Assembly: GCA_903813345.2 (NCBI GenBank)
Contig: CAIIXF020000001.1
Span: forward strand, 36,890,001-36,954,000
Reading direction: 5' to 3'
Length of the DNA: 64,000 nt
Source of the DNA: Owenia fusiformis
Taxonomy: Eukaryota
Shown: in pieces, positions 51,144 to 64,000 of the stretch
Layout: every line of letters begins with the position of its first letter
Numbering within the stretch: the first letter of the stretch is position 1
Made by a program: the position numbers and the translations under genes
The notes under the pieces: model-generated
Databases searched by the model: none
Told to the model about the DNA's origin: nothing
What the model saw: the letters and a program-made list of their open reading frames with translations, nothing else

Positions 51144-51955
51144 AACAAGGCATTAACATGACAAAATGTCACCACCTAGTTGCTCACAATGTTATGAGTT
51201 AGATTAAGTCAGATTTGAATTTCTGAGAACTTGTAGATTTTAAAAAAATAAATTGGTCAATTTGAAGCAAGATGAAAATAGACCTTTTTGACCTTGAGAA
51301 TGTCATTGAAGGTTAAATCTTTTTTGACCACGAGAAGGTCATTGAAGGTCAAATCTAAAGTCAGATTCAAACTTCTGATAACTTGTAGATGATTTTGAAA
51401 AAATTGGTCAATTTGAAGCAAGTTGAAAAAAGACCTTTTTGACCTTTATTTGACCTTGAAAAAGACCTTTTTGACCTTGAGAATGTCATTGAATGTCAAA
51501 TCTATAATCAGATTTGAACTGTTGAGAAAATGTAGATAATTTTGAAAAAAAATTGGTCAATTTGAAGCAAGTTGAAAAAAGACCTTTTTTTAACTTGATC
51601 AGGTCATTAAAGGTCAAACCTCAAATCTTAAGCCAGATTTGAACTTCGGATAACTTGAAGATGATTTTGAAAAAAATTTGGTTAATTTGAAGCAAGACCT
51701 TTTTGACCTTTATTTGACCTTGAAAAGGTCGTTGAAGGTTAAATCTTAAATATAAAGTCAGATTTGAACTTCTGAAAACATGTAGATGATTTTGAAAAAA
51801 AATTGAAGTCAGTCTAAACAGTATCTGTTAAGTTATTGGAAGTTGTAAGAATTTTATCCAGATGCTGATTGCCAACTGCCAACCACCAACCGCTGTCAAG
51901 AAAAAACGGAGACCATAACAATATGTCACCACTTTTTGGTGGTGGTGACATAAAA
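51144..51955. mobile_element. Helentron/HINE-like repeat with an expanded internal tandem array
   Basis: Same termini as 17924-18432 (aacaaggcattaacatgacaaaatgtcaccacc ... atgtcaccactttttggtggtggtgacataaaaa) but with more internal units of about 110-130 bp. Confidence 0.7.
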
Positions 51956-52739
51956 ATTGAAAATAATTTGTCACATGTACAAGGTACAAGAGTAGTTATT
52001 TGCAGTATAGTCCAATGGTCTTATATATGGTGATCCCTAAAACTCATGAGGAAGATACAAATAACACATTTACCTAGGTTTTGCCTCTCACACCTCATGT
52101 TCAAAATGCCCTTATACTTTATCTTGATATTACCCCCATTTGTCATGTTCACAGAACAATAGCTGACTGTTTAAGCAACCCTTATATGACATCCATCTAC
52201 CTCTTAAGCTGAACAATTTAACAAACATAACAAGGTCCACCCAAGGGTAGATAGAGCAGTCAATTAGTTCTATCAACATCGCAAATTTAGATCTTTACAG
52301 AATAACAGAGAAAGCACTTAGAACTTGGCCCTATGCGAACCTCAAAAATGAGAAGTTTCAGTGACCTTCTTTTTGTACTTTTAAAAAGTAGGTCACTGAA
52401 TTTTCTCATTTTCATTTTTGTAAAAAAATGTTCTCCACATTCTTTTCTAGGTACAAAAAAAACCCTGAAAGATGTAGACAATGTGGGGAAGGAGGAGTTC
52501 ATATTTGAAAAGTAAAACGGGATTGCATCAAAATGGACAAAAGTACAAAGTTACCTTAAACAACAGCTTATAGGCGGTGGGTAAACTAGGAAAATTAATA
52601 ATAATGCCTGGGATATCCTCTTGAAATTGCATTTATAGAAATGTCATTTATGAGGAAATACCATTATCTATATTCATGTATTTTGCTAGAGGATGTATGA
52701 AATCCCCTCATCCTTATGTACAAACAAGAGCTTTAAGTT

Positions 52740-53230
52740 ACATAAGAAACATTCTGAGAACTTGTTGATGATTTTGAAAAAATTGGTCAATTTAAGGCAA
52801 GTTGGAAAATACCTTTTTGACCCTTTTTACCATGAGAAGGTCATTGAAGGTCAAGTCTTAAGTCTAAAATCAGATTTGAATTTATGAGAACTTGTAGATG
52901 ATTTTGAAAAAAATTGGCCAAGTTGAAGAAAGACCTTTTTTTGACCTTGAGAAGGTCATTGAAGGTCGAATCTCAAATCTAAAGTCTTTGAACTTCTGAG
53001 TACTTCTAGATGAATTTGAAAAAAATATTTAGTCAAATTTGAAGCAAGTTGAAAAAGACCTTTTTGACCTATTTTGACCTACAGAAGATCATTGATGGTC
53101 AAATCTCAAGCCAGATTTAAACTTCTGAGAACTTGTAGATGATTTTGAAAAAAATTGAAGTCAGTCAGTATTTGACATGTTTGAGAAGTTATTGGAAGTT
53201 GTAATAATTTGTTACAGGCGCCGATCGTCC
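52740..53230. repeat. Partial copy of the same HINE-like family
   Basis: Same internal units and the gaagttattggaagttgtaa...tttgttacag segment; termini missing. Confidence 0.65.
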
Positions 53231-54672
53231 AGGTCAATAGTACGAAATATTTGTATAATATACACTATGTGTGAAAAGAATTTAAGCATTGACTCATGAA
53301 TTGTACATAATTTCTTGTCTACCCGCTGTTGAATTTGGATGCCTGGCCCAAAGTCTCAAACAAGGCAATCGTGCTTAAAATAATACACAATTCATTGAGC
53401 CCTGGGGTCAAATCGTTTAGTCAAATGTACGTAATATCAAATTATATAAAAAACAAAAAGTGAATTCTGTATGCTTAACACAATTATATTTTCTTCTCTA
53501 TAAATATATTATATAAAATGGTTTACTCTATCTATTATCTAATAAGTCAGTCTCCTTTCAGAGAGATGTTCTATATAATATTTATATAATATAAATATCT
53601 TATAATATCAATAAAACATGTATAGACTATATTGTAAATTACAACTATGGTTATTTCAACTAGGTACTGATACAATAGAGTATGTAAGTATATAATAAAG
53701 AGCCATTCAGCACTAAAATTCTACAAGATAGCACCAGAAGCGCTATAGTAACAGGAGCGCTTGTAAAAGCTTAACCTGATATCAGCCAAAGGAATTCAGA
53801 ATTATCAACTCAACAAATATAACATTTTATATTAAATTGGAGTTCCTTTAAGTTTAATATTTGTGATCATGCTTAAAATATCAGACAAATTATTAATTCA
53901 GATTTGTAAACTGAGCTGAATTCAGAGGGTTCTATGACCAAGCTCATCATAATTACATTACAGTGACTAAACTACCTTTATTTGAATATTCAAATCACTA
54001 TATGCAAATAAACTTTCAAATAAATTTACGAAATAGTTCATTTTCATTTTTAGACTACATACACATGTATATGGTAGCATAGAAAGCATTTTGCATGTCT
54101 CAACTAATTAGTGACTTTCTAAGACAATTCTGGAACAATTTTGGCGAAAAATGGTTTCCTTTCGCAAAAGTCATGTCCTGTTACTTTTGGAACACCCTGT
54201 ACTGCAAGGAAACCAGTAACAGGTTGAAGCATCAAAATATATTCTAAGAATCATATAATAATTTGCCTGCATCTCACTGGCTCACTTTGTTCAAATTAGA
54301 CATTATTATTATATTTCAAATTAGTCTATCAGTCAATATTTTTAATAAGATGATCTACATATAGAGCACACAATGAAAAAAGAACATTACAAATATTCAC
54401 GTTGCAAAAGCAATACAATGTAGATGTTTCTATACAGTACAGGTACAGTACATAACAATATCAAATGTGGTAAATTGAGTACCTAAATCCAGAGAATCAG
54501 AATACATGATTCAAATAAATATAAATATGTTGATGATTGTTATTTTCATTCCAAAATATATAAAATAGTTATCAGGGATTAACATGACAAAATTGCACCA
54601 CTTGGAAATAGTTGTAAATGTGGAACATTGTTCCTCATGGTGTCACAAAAACCCTGTCTGTCTTGCTTACTA

Positions 54673-54939
54673 CAGAGTGGGACAAAAAACAAATAGACAA
54701 TGAAATGATAAAAATGAAATAGACAATCTTAAATGAAATAAATTATATACATCACATATGAATTGATTTCCAACATTTTGGTAAATAACACTTTTGCATT
54801 ATCTGGATTGGGAAGCTGTAACAAATCAATATGCTGGAAGTCCTCTTTAAACCACATCTATGATGAATGTTGTGTTGTAATAATTTCTTCTTGTAAGATT
54901 TACATTTAATACAGTTTCTTTCTTTTTTGACCCACTCTG
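54673..54939. mobile_element. TA-flanked MITE
   Basis: TA|CAGAGTGGGACAAAAA...TTTTTGACCCACTCTG|TA. Confidence 0.65.
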
Positions 54940-55179
54940 TAGATATCTCTACAATTCAAATAAATTATTGCTGTGATATACAAGTTGAAAAATGAAAATA
55001 ATATAACACCTGAAATTTGTGGTTGAAATGGTGTTCATTCACTGGACATTACTCCATCAGTTATAACATAAACAGAAGATACCAGCTACATTTAAAGCCT
55101 CAGTCACAATTGCTTACTATGGCAGCCTAAAAATGGATTATTATTGTGCCTCCACTTTTCAATTTTCAAATTCCCCTTA

Positions 55180-56456
55180 TAGGTAGCGATCTGAGGCACT
55201 TCGATCAGGGTGTTGTCGGGACAATTTCTCTTGTGACTTAGGTTATGTATTTAGGTCTATCTCAACAGATTTTACTGGTCTTATGCTTATGTAACATGGG
55301 GTCTATTGGGAATCAACCCGAACTAGAAGTCACATTTTCAAAAAAAATTAAATTTTCAAAGTTGATAAACAATTTTCGAAACCATATTTCTAGATGTACT
55401 TTTACATGTAGATTTCAAATATGACATCACTTTGAATTTCGAATATTTAATGACATAAATCAAGATTATTTTTACTCGCATCTAGTCTATTGCCAAGCTC
55501 CAACCACAAACCGCCGACCACTGACCACTGTCAAAAAAGAACAGAGACCATAACAATATGTCACCACTTTTTATTGGTGACATAAAAATGATAACATGAT
55601 ATGAACCATCCTCCTAAGCAGGTGTCCAGAATCCGTACCTCCTTCTTCCCCCTACCTCCTTCTTCCCCCTACGATAACCAATTTGGACGCGCCTGATTTA
55701 ACTGAATCACATGTTCTAATTATGCACAATGACGTATACATGATTTCTGTCGCAGTGTTGCGACAGCCAATCAGATTGCGAGTTCTTAATCGGGGAAATG
55801 GTAACTGCTTATTGCTGGGGGTAAAAAGAAAGAATATGTTTTGGATTTTGAAGCCCTGTGATCGGAGGATGGATATGAACATGAAGTATTTATTTTGAGA
55901 TGAACATGCCAATATGGCCACGCCCTTCTAAAAAGGGAAAGAGGGGAGAGGTAAATTGACCCATATAGGCAAAAAACATGTTAGAGTTTGAGTTTTTTTT
56001 TTATGGTAATGTGTTGGGGACATGTTAGTGCTACTTTTAGGAAAGTTCCATTAATATTAAACTGAGATTGATTGAGAAATTAAAAAATCAATTCCAATCA
56101 ATGTCTCCCAACCCCCCTAAATTCTATGATTTTAGGGTGAAAAAATGTTGCTGTTTTTAAATAAAGTTAAAATTCTTCAATTTTTTTACATATGCATTTC
56201 AAGTATGATTACTCTTAACAGAAACACCAAAAGAAAAAAAGCATTGGTTGTTTAGTTTTTGTTTTATAGCTAAATAATAATGTACCCCCAAGAAATCTGA
56301 ATTTTAGGGTCGAAAATGCAATTTTAACATCTTTCGCACCATTTGCGGCGCATAAGACCAGTAAAATCTGTTGAGATAGACCTAAATACATAACCTAAGT
56401 CACAAGAGATATTGTCCCGACAACACCCTGATCGAAGTGCCTCAGATCGCTACCTA
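55180..56456. mobile_element. Non-autonomous DNA transposon with about 107-bp near-perfect TIRs and 3-bp TSD
   Basis: TTA|TAGGTAGCGATCTGAGGCACTTCGATCAGGG...CCCTGATCGAAGTGCCTCAGATCGCTACCTA|TTA. Confidence 0.85.
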
Positions 56457-57287
56457 TTAGGTTTTATGTTTTACTTATACTTTTCTTAATACTGGAAGAA
56501 GTAAGGTCTACTAATATCAATATTGTCTGATATGATATGTCTAATATCAATGGTAATCGGTCAATGATGTGAAGTTTAAGATAAATTGTGAACACTGTAA
56601 AAGTATGTCTATTCTCAATGCCACAGCAAATAGTTGAACATTTTTGTGTCAAGTAAGATGATGTCAGGTGCAATGCACTTGATGTCAGGTCAATAATGCT
56701 GTTGTATGACATCTAATAACTGATAGCAGCTAGGTAAACTAATCAGTCTAGCTTTAAATACTCACTCATAAATACCCTTAATCTAATTGGATATAATATA
56801 ACTACCGTAGATTTCTTAACTTCTGGATAAACAAAGTATGATCTTAGTAAAGTAAAATGCAATTCAAAATGGATTCCACGCTATTTTTCTGACCAGAGAT
56901 GATCGCGGACAGAGTTGAATGCTGACAGCTGCAGGAAAATATAATGATGAATTTGATTTTGATTTTGACCCCTCCCAACATTTCTCAAATTCTGATATTC
57001 CATAGAAATCTAGAATTTTCACATTTGTTATATTCCTAATTTGGTGGGTGAGTACATTGGTTCATAAAGTTACAACCGAATATAACAAGCAGACATTTTT
57101 ATGAAACCAATCCATCATGTAATGCTGTTGTACTTTACTGACAGAAAATCCATATTTTACTAGAACTGAAAAACTGCTTTCAATCTCTACTCTTACAACT
57201 AATTATATATTTTCCACAGCTGTTCATCCAGAAAAGAGAGCCCAATGATTAAAAGAGGTAAATGAAGTCCTATGTGGTGTGTCATGA

Positions 57288-60200
57288 CTAAACGAACTGT
57301 GGTTCTCTGTCATCATCAGCATAAGGAACCTCTTGTTCATCACCACCTTCAAATGCTGGAGTCTTGGATAAAGCAGCTACTGAAATAATCAATTTCAAAA
57401 ATTTAAAAATGCAGATGACCAGAGGATTGTTATTGATTTTGACCAGCTGATATGAATTCATTAAAACACTACTTGACATAGCGTGAATTGCAAAATAATT
57501 GATTTGGATACAAGAGGTGTCTGAAATCAAAACCGCTGAAATAAAAATCATGTTTCAGAAAACTGGTTCACATTGTACCACGGAATTGAGGAGCAAAAGC
57601 CATGTATCAACTTCTGTAGAATTATCTGAAGATCATATTAAACATATTATCTAAATTTTCTTTTGATATGATGTGAAAATGCATGGCCTACCTGTTGAAG
57701 GATTGGTGTCTTCAGGTTGACTAGTTTTACTTGGGGCAACTAAAAGAAAAGTTAAAACAAAAATATTAGTCAAATTGTCAAAGACAGTGTGGCATGCTTC
57801 TGAATATTTATATAATACAGGGTGTCATGAAAGTATGGCCCACATGTAACTTTCCACCATTTGTGAGTTGAACCATGATACTTGGCAAATCAATGTAACT
57901 TTGGATAAGCTTTAAAATGATATTCGACACATACTATGGAGACATTGGTAAATGTCTGCCTAGGGGGTGGACATACTTTCGGGACACCCTGTATATCAAC
58001 AAAATCACTCTACAGCATTTCAAGTTACTGCCAAAAATTTAAAATAGCAGTTATGGCCACCAGTTTTTAAGATGGCTGCCATATTTTTGTGAAAAAGTGA
58101 TTCGGATTCAATTAACATCATAAAAAGTATTATGCAAATAAACATATAAATATTACAATTTTATATTATAAAATTATTATATATTATAAAAATACTGTAA
58201 TATTGACACTAGAATAGTAAGCATTTTGAAACATGAGGATATATGGCTGGAGGAACCATCTATATACTTGGAATATTAATCATGTTCATGTAGATATCAA
58301 ATTTAATTACCTGAGCTGACAGATGATGATGCTGCGTCTGTAAGAGGGGCTATATGAACTGGATCTGCCATGCCTGGTAGGCTCATTGCACCAGATATTT
58401 CCTCCTGCAAATTAAAGTACATGTTAGCGTCATGTTGTCTTGATATTTCCACATGCAAGTACTTATGAGGGGCTATAGTAGACAGAAATGTAATTTTTAG
58501 TCCTGCAGAATAACACCATATTTTTATTAATGGTCCCGAAGGAGTATGTATGCTTTGTCTTTGCATTTTGTTAATTAAAAATCAGAACTGGGCCAGTTTG
58601 GCACAAATGGGCCGAATATAATTTTGTAAGAAAATATTAGCTAGACGTCATCTCCATGTCATAGTCAGTGAACTGAACTAACATATTGTTTCTTCTGTAT
58701 CATTATTTGTCACAAATCTAAATGGTTTCAAGCCATGACTCTATTCATTGGAACAACAGAGCAAAACACTTACATCAGGGTTCATCTGAGAAGGCTGTAC
58801 AAGGAGATCATTTGTTGAAGAGGCCTCTTTCTGAGATGAAGCCTCTTTCTGATCTGTAGTGTCATCAGCATTTTCCTCATTCAGGCTCTCTAATGTTGGC
58901 TCTGTTGTGAGATAAGAACATAATTCATTGCAATAATAAACCAAAATTGTAAAGGTCCAATTTTAAATCTTTAAATTGGCCCAATCAAGTTCATGCTTAA
59001 AGACCAAGGTCTCAAATAAATGGAATTCACATATGAAGGTCCAAAACTAAAAATGTAACGCTAGCTAAGTTCAAGGTGACATTTAGAGGTCAGAAACATT
59101 TAAGAATCTTTGATTGTTTCATTGTTCCAAGGTTCCTTTGAAGTCTATGGTGGCAAATGTAATGCATCTTGAGATTTGCCACCACTCAATGGCTAATAAG
59201 TTACACAGACAAAAATATATGAAACAGTCCCAATTTTAGTCAAGCAATCAATTGACCAGGAACTAAATGTTAAGAGTTCTGAGCTCATATATAATATTAC
59301 ATACTATCATTTATTCTTAAATAACTAGAATACCCTGGAGCAGTAAATTCCACCAAAATACAACATCCAAGTATTTTATAAGATTATTCATCAGTAGCCG
59401 TCTTGGAAATTCCTTCTTGAAAAAGGGTCCATTTCGATGACAGGTCATCTCAAACCACATAACTATCCTGTTGGCATGCTCACAATAAAATCTTTCACAT
59501 AATAACAGTTTAAGGAAGTGATATAGGGAGCTGGGAAACTTACCTTTAGGCTGCATTGACTTAGGGTAAACATTCTCAGCAGGTCCAAACAGCATCTCTG
59601 CATTGATAATGAGGAGCTCAACAGACCTTGTCTGAAAAGGTGTATCCTTCAGGGAGTTCAGAGAGGCATTTCCTTCGCTGAAATATGAGAAAATATATAC
59701 AATGACAGCATTTAGATATCCAGGATGGATCGTTAATGAACATATTAGAATAAATGAAAAGCCTGATTGATACAAGCTTAGCAGTTATCTCTAAAAACAT
59801 AATTTCTTCAAAATAATTTAGCTTGGTGAATGGTAGTTCCCAGTAAAAATATATAAATCTTTTCATAATATGCTTAACTTTTAAAATAAAGCAATATTTT
59901 GTGCTTCTTTCCTACACTGTTATTGCCTATTGGCAAGGTTATGAAATTTGAGAGTAGATGACATCACTACCTGAGTGAAATCTTAAAAGATGGTAGAGTA
60001 TATATATATTATATGATTATAGCTATCATATCAGGATAGAAATGGTCTGGCCAGGAATGTCCCTTTAAGGATCAGAATAACAGAAACTGTAAAGGGCTGT
60101 AAACCTTGTTAATAATTGAAACGAAGTAAAAAATATTAGAATATTATTTATAGAGGTGCAAGGAAATGAAGATATGTACATCCTTGAAAATGAGATGCTT

Positions 60201-62987
60201 AATTAAGTAAAAACTAGAAAACAGCAACGCCAAAGCAAAGCAAATCCCATCGAACAGCCATGGCTGGCATTTTTACAAACAAAGTACATGTATATAGAAA
60301 AATCGTAAAATAACATTTTCAAAATGGTTGCTCACTATAGCCAAATTGTCATCAGAAAGTGTAATATGCTTCTTAGTAGGCACATATAATATTTCAACAA
60401 AATCACACACATGTTCATGTAAATGGTGGCAATTTTTCAAAATGGCCGCCTACTTGCCAAAATGCATAAGACAGTGTGCAATGGTTATTCACATCACAAA
60501 ATCACAATTTCATTCACAAAATCGCTCTATTACTTTTGAGTTATAGTACAAAATGTAAAATAACACATGTAAAAATAGTGGCAATTTTTCAAAATGATGG
60601 CACCTACAAAGGTGTCATTAGACAGTGTGCCATGCTTATAGTATTCACATACCAAATATGAACAAAATTGCTCCATCGCTGAAAATCGGCTTTCAAAAGA
60701 ACTTCTACCACAATAGGGTGTATGTGTACTAAATATGAACAAAATCGTGCCAAAGGTATTTGAGTTATTGCCCGGACGGACGTACGGACAGACGGATGCA
60801 TGGAGGCATTCCCTATTAGACTATTAGTCACATGAAACATTCAGTCTTGTGACTTACCTTGGTCGGAGGAGTGTTGGACCAAACACAATGCCAAGATTAC
60901 AAGCTCCCATCTGATTATGTTCTTCCATCTTACTCACACGACTTAAATGGTGCATCATCATTGCACATGTTTTAAAGTTTTGAACAGGGAGCTTCTGGAC
61001 TAGAGACTTCAGCGTTTGCAAAGTTTCGGCACTGCCACCTGTTTCTGTTCCTTGGTCTTTTTCCGCCATTTTGATGAACTCAAGGTAAAGTCTAAATGTA
61101 AGCAGGGGCTCTGGAAGCTGGAGAAAAACCCAGAAATTTATTTTTCTACTATGTTTATATACATTATCTGTATTATATTAAAGCATAATGAAATTGCACA
61201 AAATAATGTGTATTGATATGTATATGTGATGAAAGCATGACATTTTGTACAGGTGGTAATATTCCTTTACAATTCTAGATACAAAACATTAACCATATCA
61301 TTTCTTTAACTTTACATATCCAAGATGGTTGACAATTAAAATTTGTAATTTTACCCTTTCTCAGGCTGGTGGATGGTTCCAAACTTAAAATTAAAATCAT
61401 AAGTATATGAAACAAACATACCTGCCGTAGATATAGCTTTAATACATTGGATATAACATTGACATTGTGTTCTGAGAGATCGACGGAGGATTCATTGTTC
61501 TCAAAACTCTCACACAGTTTCTCCACCTTTGATTTCACTCCAGACACCCTGTAGATCCCCTAAATTGACAATAATGAAAACAAGTTCAGTGGGATACACC
61601 CTGTAGATATACTAAATTGACAATAATGAAAACAAGTTCAGTGGGATACACCCTGTAGATATACTAAATTGACAATAATGAAAACAAGTTCAGTGGGATA
61701 CACCCTGTAGATATACTAAATTGACAATAATAAAAAACAAGTTCAGTGGGATACACCCTGTAGATATACTAAATTGACAATAATGTAAACAAGTTCATTG
61801 GGATACACCCTGTAGATATACTAAATTGACAATAATGTAAACAAATTCAGTGGGATACACCCTGTAGATATACTAAATTGACAATAATAAAGACAAGTTC
61901 AGTGGGATACACCCTGTAGATATACTAAATTGACAATAATAAAAAACAAGTTCAGTGGGATACACCCTGTAGATATACTAAATTGACAATAATGAAAACA
62001 AGTTCAGTGGGATACACCCTGTAGATATACTAAATTGACAATAATAAAAAACAAGTTCAGTGGGATACACCCTGTAGATATACTAAATTGACAATAATGA
62101 AAACAAGTTCAGTGGGATACACCCTGTAGATATACTAAATTGACAATAATAAAAAACAAGTTCAGTGGGATACACCCTGTAGATATACTAAATTGACAAT
62201 AATGTAAACAAGTTCATTGGGATACACCCTGTAGATATACTAAATTGACAATAATGTAAACAAATTCAGTGGGATACACCCTGTAGATATACTAAATTGA
62301 CAATAATAAAAACAAGTTCAGTGGGATACACCCTGTAGATATACTAAATTGACAATAATGAAAACAAGTTCAGTGGGATACACCCTGTAGATATACTAAA
62401 TTGACAATAATGAAAACAAGTTCAGTGGGATACACCCTGTAGTTACCCAAAATGTCCATAAGATATTAGCCTATAAAATTTGCACATTTGCACGTTTTAA
62501 AATTCACCAATTATCTTAAAAAAATTTTGAACAGAGCTCCTATATTTCTATGCATCAGCCTACAAAATTTTAACAAAACCTGTCACCTGGTATTTGAGTT
62601 ATCAATCAAATATTACATTTTTTACGAAAAATCCTATCCTACACCCATAAGGCATAAGCCTGTAAAATTTGAATGACATCTGTCATCAGTTATTTGAGTT
62701 ATAGCCCTGAAACACTAAAGAACAAACGGATGGCTTCTCTATATCCTGACGAACTTAGATTGGTAGGATAATGAGAATAATGATGGAAAGAGACATACCT
62801 TTATATCTATTCCTCTTTCTTCTATCTCTTTGACACATTTCTGCACCAAAATGGGGATTTCTACATTGGTTTCTTTGACATGAGCCATGAAATCTACACC
62901 AAAGGTAGTCATCCTCCTAACCGGTGGCTTACTTCCACATGGCACCCCTAGGACCTCTAGGCACTTCTTATGGCAGGCTAGACCACA
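57288..62987 (-). CDS. 3' part of a C1 + RhoGAP protein, ARHGAP29/ARHGAP45/GMIP family; exons approx 62987-62799, 61559-61422, 61117-60858, 59677-59544, 58900-58774, 58405-58311, 57739-57692, 57379-57288; gene continues beyond the window
   Basis: CGLACHKKCLEVL (end of C1), FGVDF, GIYRVSGVKSKVEKLCESFEN (arginine finger), SNVLKLYLRQLPEP, NLGIVFGPTLLRP, C-terminal EPQFV*. Confidence 0.9.
57818..57991. mobile_element. Small Tc1/mariner-type MITE
   Basis: TA|CAGGGTGTCATGAAAGTATG...CATACTTTCGGGACACCCTG|TA. Confidence 0.7.
60211..60835. mobile_element. HINE-like interspersed repeat (second family)
   Basis: aaaactagaaa start, internal ttttcaaaatgg tandem units, and a (gacg/gaca)n microsatellite near the end. 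Confidence 0.45.
61544..62442. repeat. 52-53-bp minisatellite, about 17 units, spanning a RhoGAP intron/exon boundary
   Basis: Unit ACACCCTGTAGATATACTAAATTGACAATAATGAAAACAAGTTCAGTGGGAT; the first unit overlaps the exon start at 61559. Confidence 0.97.
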
Positions 62988-63383
62988 CTGGAAAAATGGT
63001 GTATAATCTTAATGATCTAAATAAAGTGCAATATCTTAACTTAAGGAAGTACAAGTGGAAGTGGAAAAATGGAAACTGGAAATTGAATATTAGATGACAA
63101 TGGTGAGAACCTAGAATAGATGAGATAATTTTCTCATATTTCCGTTTAAAGACAACATGTTCTGTATTCTGAGCTTTGTTTAATAACACAACCTTTCATG
63201 CTCAGTTAAAGGGTGACGCATATCGTTTAGCAAATCGAACGCTCGTTTCTGGTGTTGCTCACCTTTTAGTATAAAAGGCCCGATCCCGGAATAATACTCA
63301 AGGGTTCACAGGTTCGAGGTCGTTGTGTCAACACCTCTAACTGTTATATAGCATAAGTATATTATAGATCGTCACACATTTAT

Positions 63384-64000
63384 ACAAGAACACAAATGTG
63401 TACAAAATGTCCCCACCAATGGGTGATCCCATGAAATGGTTATCCTGAAAATGAGTAGACAAGACTTTACTGACACAATTTGAGAACGGAAAATCCAAAA
63501 TGGCTGCCTTAAAATTTACCCAGAATCCCCCAAAATTAGCTAGTTCTAGATTTTCATACTAAGAACCACCCCTGAAAATTTGAAATTGATCCGTCAAACA
63601 GTTAAACAAAACTTTACAGACAAGATTTTAGGATGGAAAATCCCAAATGGCTGCCTTGACATTTACCCAGAATGTCAAAAAACTAATCAGTTCTAGATTT
63701 TCATACTGAGAATCATCCCTGAAAAGTTGAAATTGATCTACCAAACGGTTCACCTGAAAACACGTAGACAAGACTTTACAGACAAGATTTTAGGACAGAA
63801 TATCCAAAATGGCTGCCTTGACATTTACCCAGAATGATCAAAATACTAATCAGATCTAGGTTTTCATACTAAGAATCACCCCTGAAAATTTGAAATTGAT
63901 CTAACAAACGGTTCACCTGGAAATGCGTAGACAAGACTTTACAGACAAGATTTTAGGACGGAAAATCCAAAATGGCTGCCTTGACATTTACCCAGAACGC
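63384..64000. repeat. Tandem array of about 150-165-bp units, probably HINE-borne, running off the window end
   Basis: Recurrent aaaatccaaaatggctgccttgacatttacccagaa...ttttcatactaagaa...agacaagactttacagacaagattttagg. Confidence 0.75.

Overview
AT-rich, intron-rich animal genomic DNA, probably a marine invertebrate (lophotrochozoan-like; the species cannot be fixed from sequence alone). No prokaryotic operons or CRISPR. Eight host genes can be reconstructed by hand. In order: EBAG9/RCAS1 (-), LKAAEAR1 (+, head-to-head with EBAG9), a myosin regulatory light chain (-), Ku80/XRCC5 (-, about 21 exons, one U12-type intron), a BTB-BACK-Kelch gene (+), a secreted C-type lectin-kringle-C-type lectin protein (+), a single-exon LRR/mucin-stalk/TM receptor (-), and the 3' part of an ARHGAP29/45-family RhoGAP (-). 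Between and within them lie two LINE fragments, many non-autonomous DNA transposons with readable TIRs and TSDs, Helentron-like satellite-carrying repeats and minisatellites. The most unusual items are four. (1) A 17-copy 52-bp tandem array built from the RhoGAP 3' splice site itself, with smaller acceptor duplications in two other genes. (2) A four-element nested transposon stack between Ku80 and the Kelch gene. (3) The lectin-kringle putative proteoglycan. (4) A 3.8-kb foldback element mutually nested with a second repeat family. Exon coordinates were read manually and may be off by a few bases.
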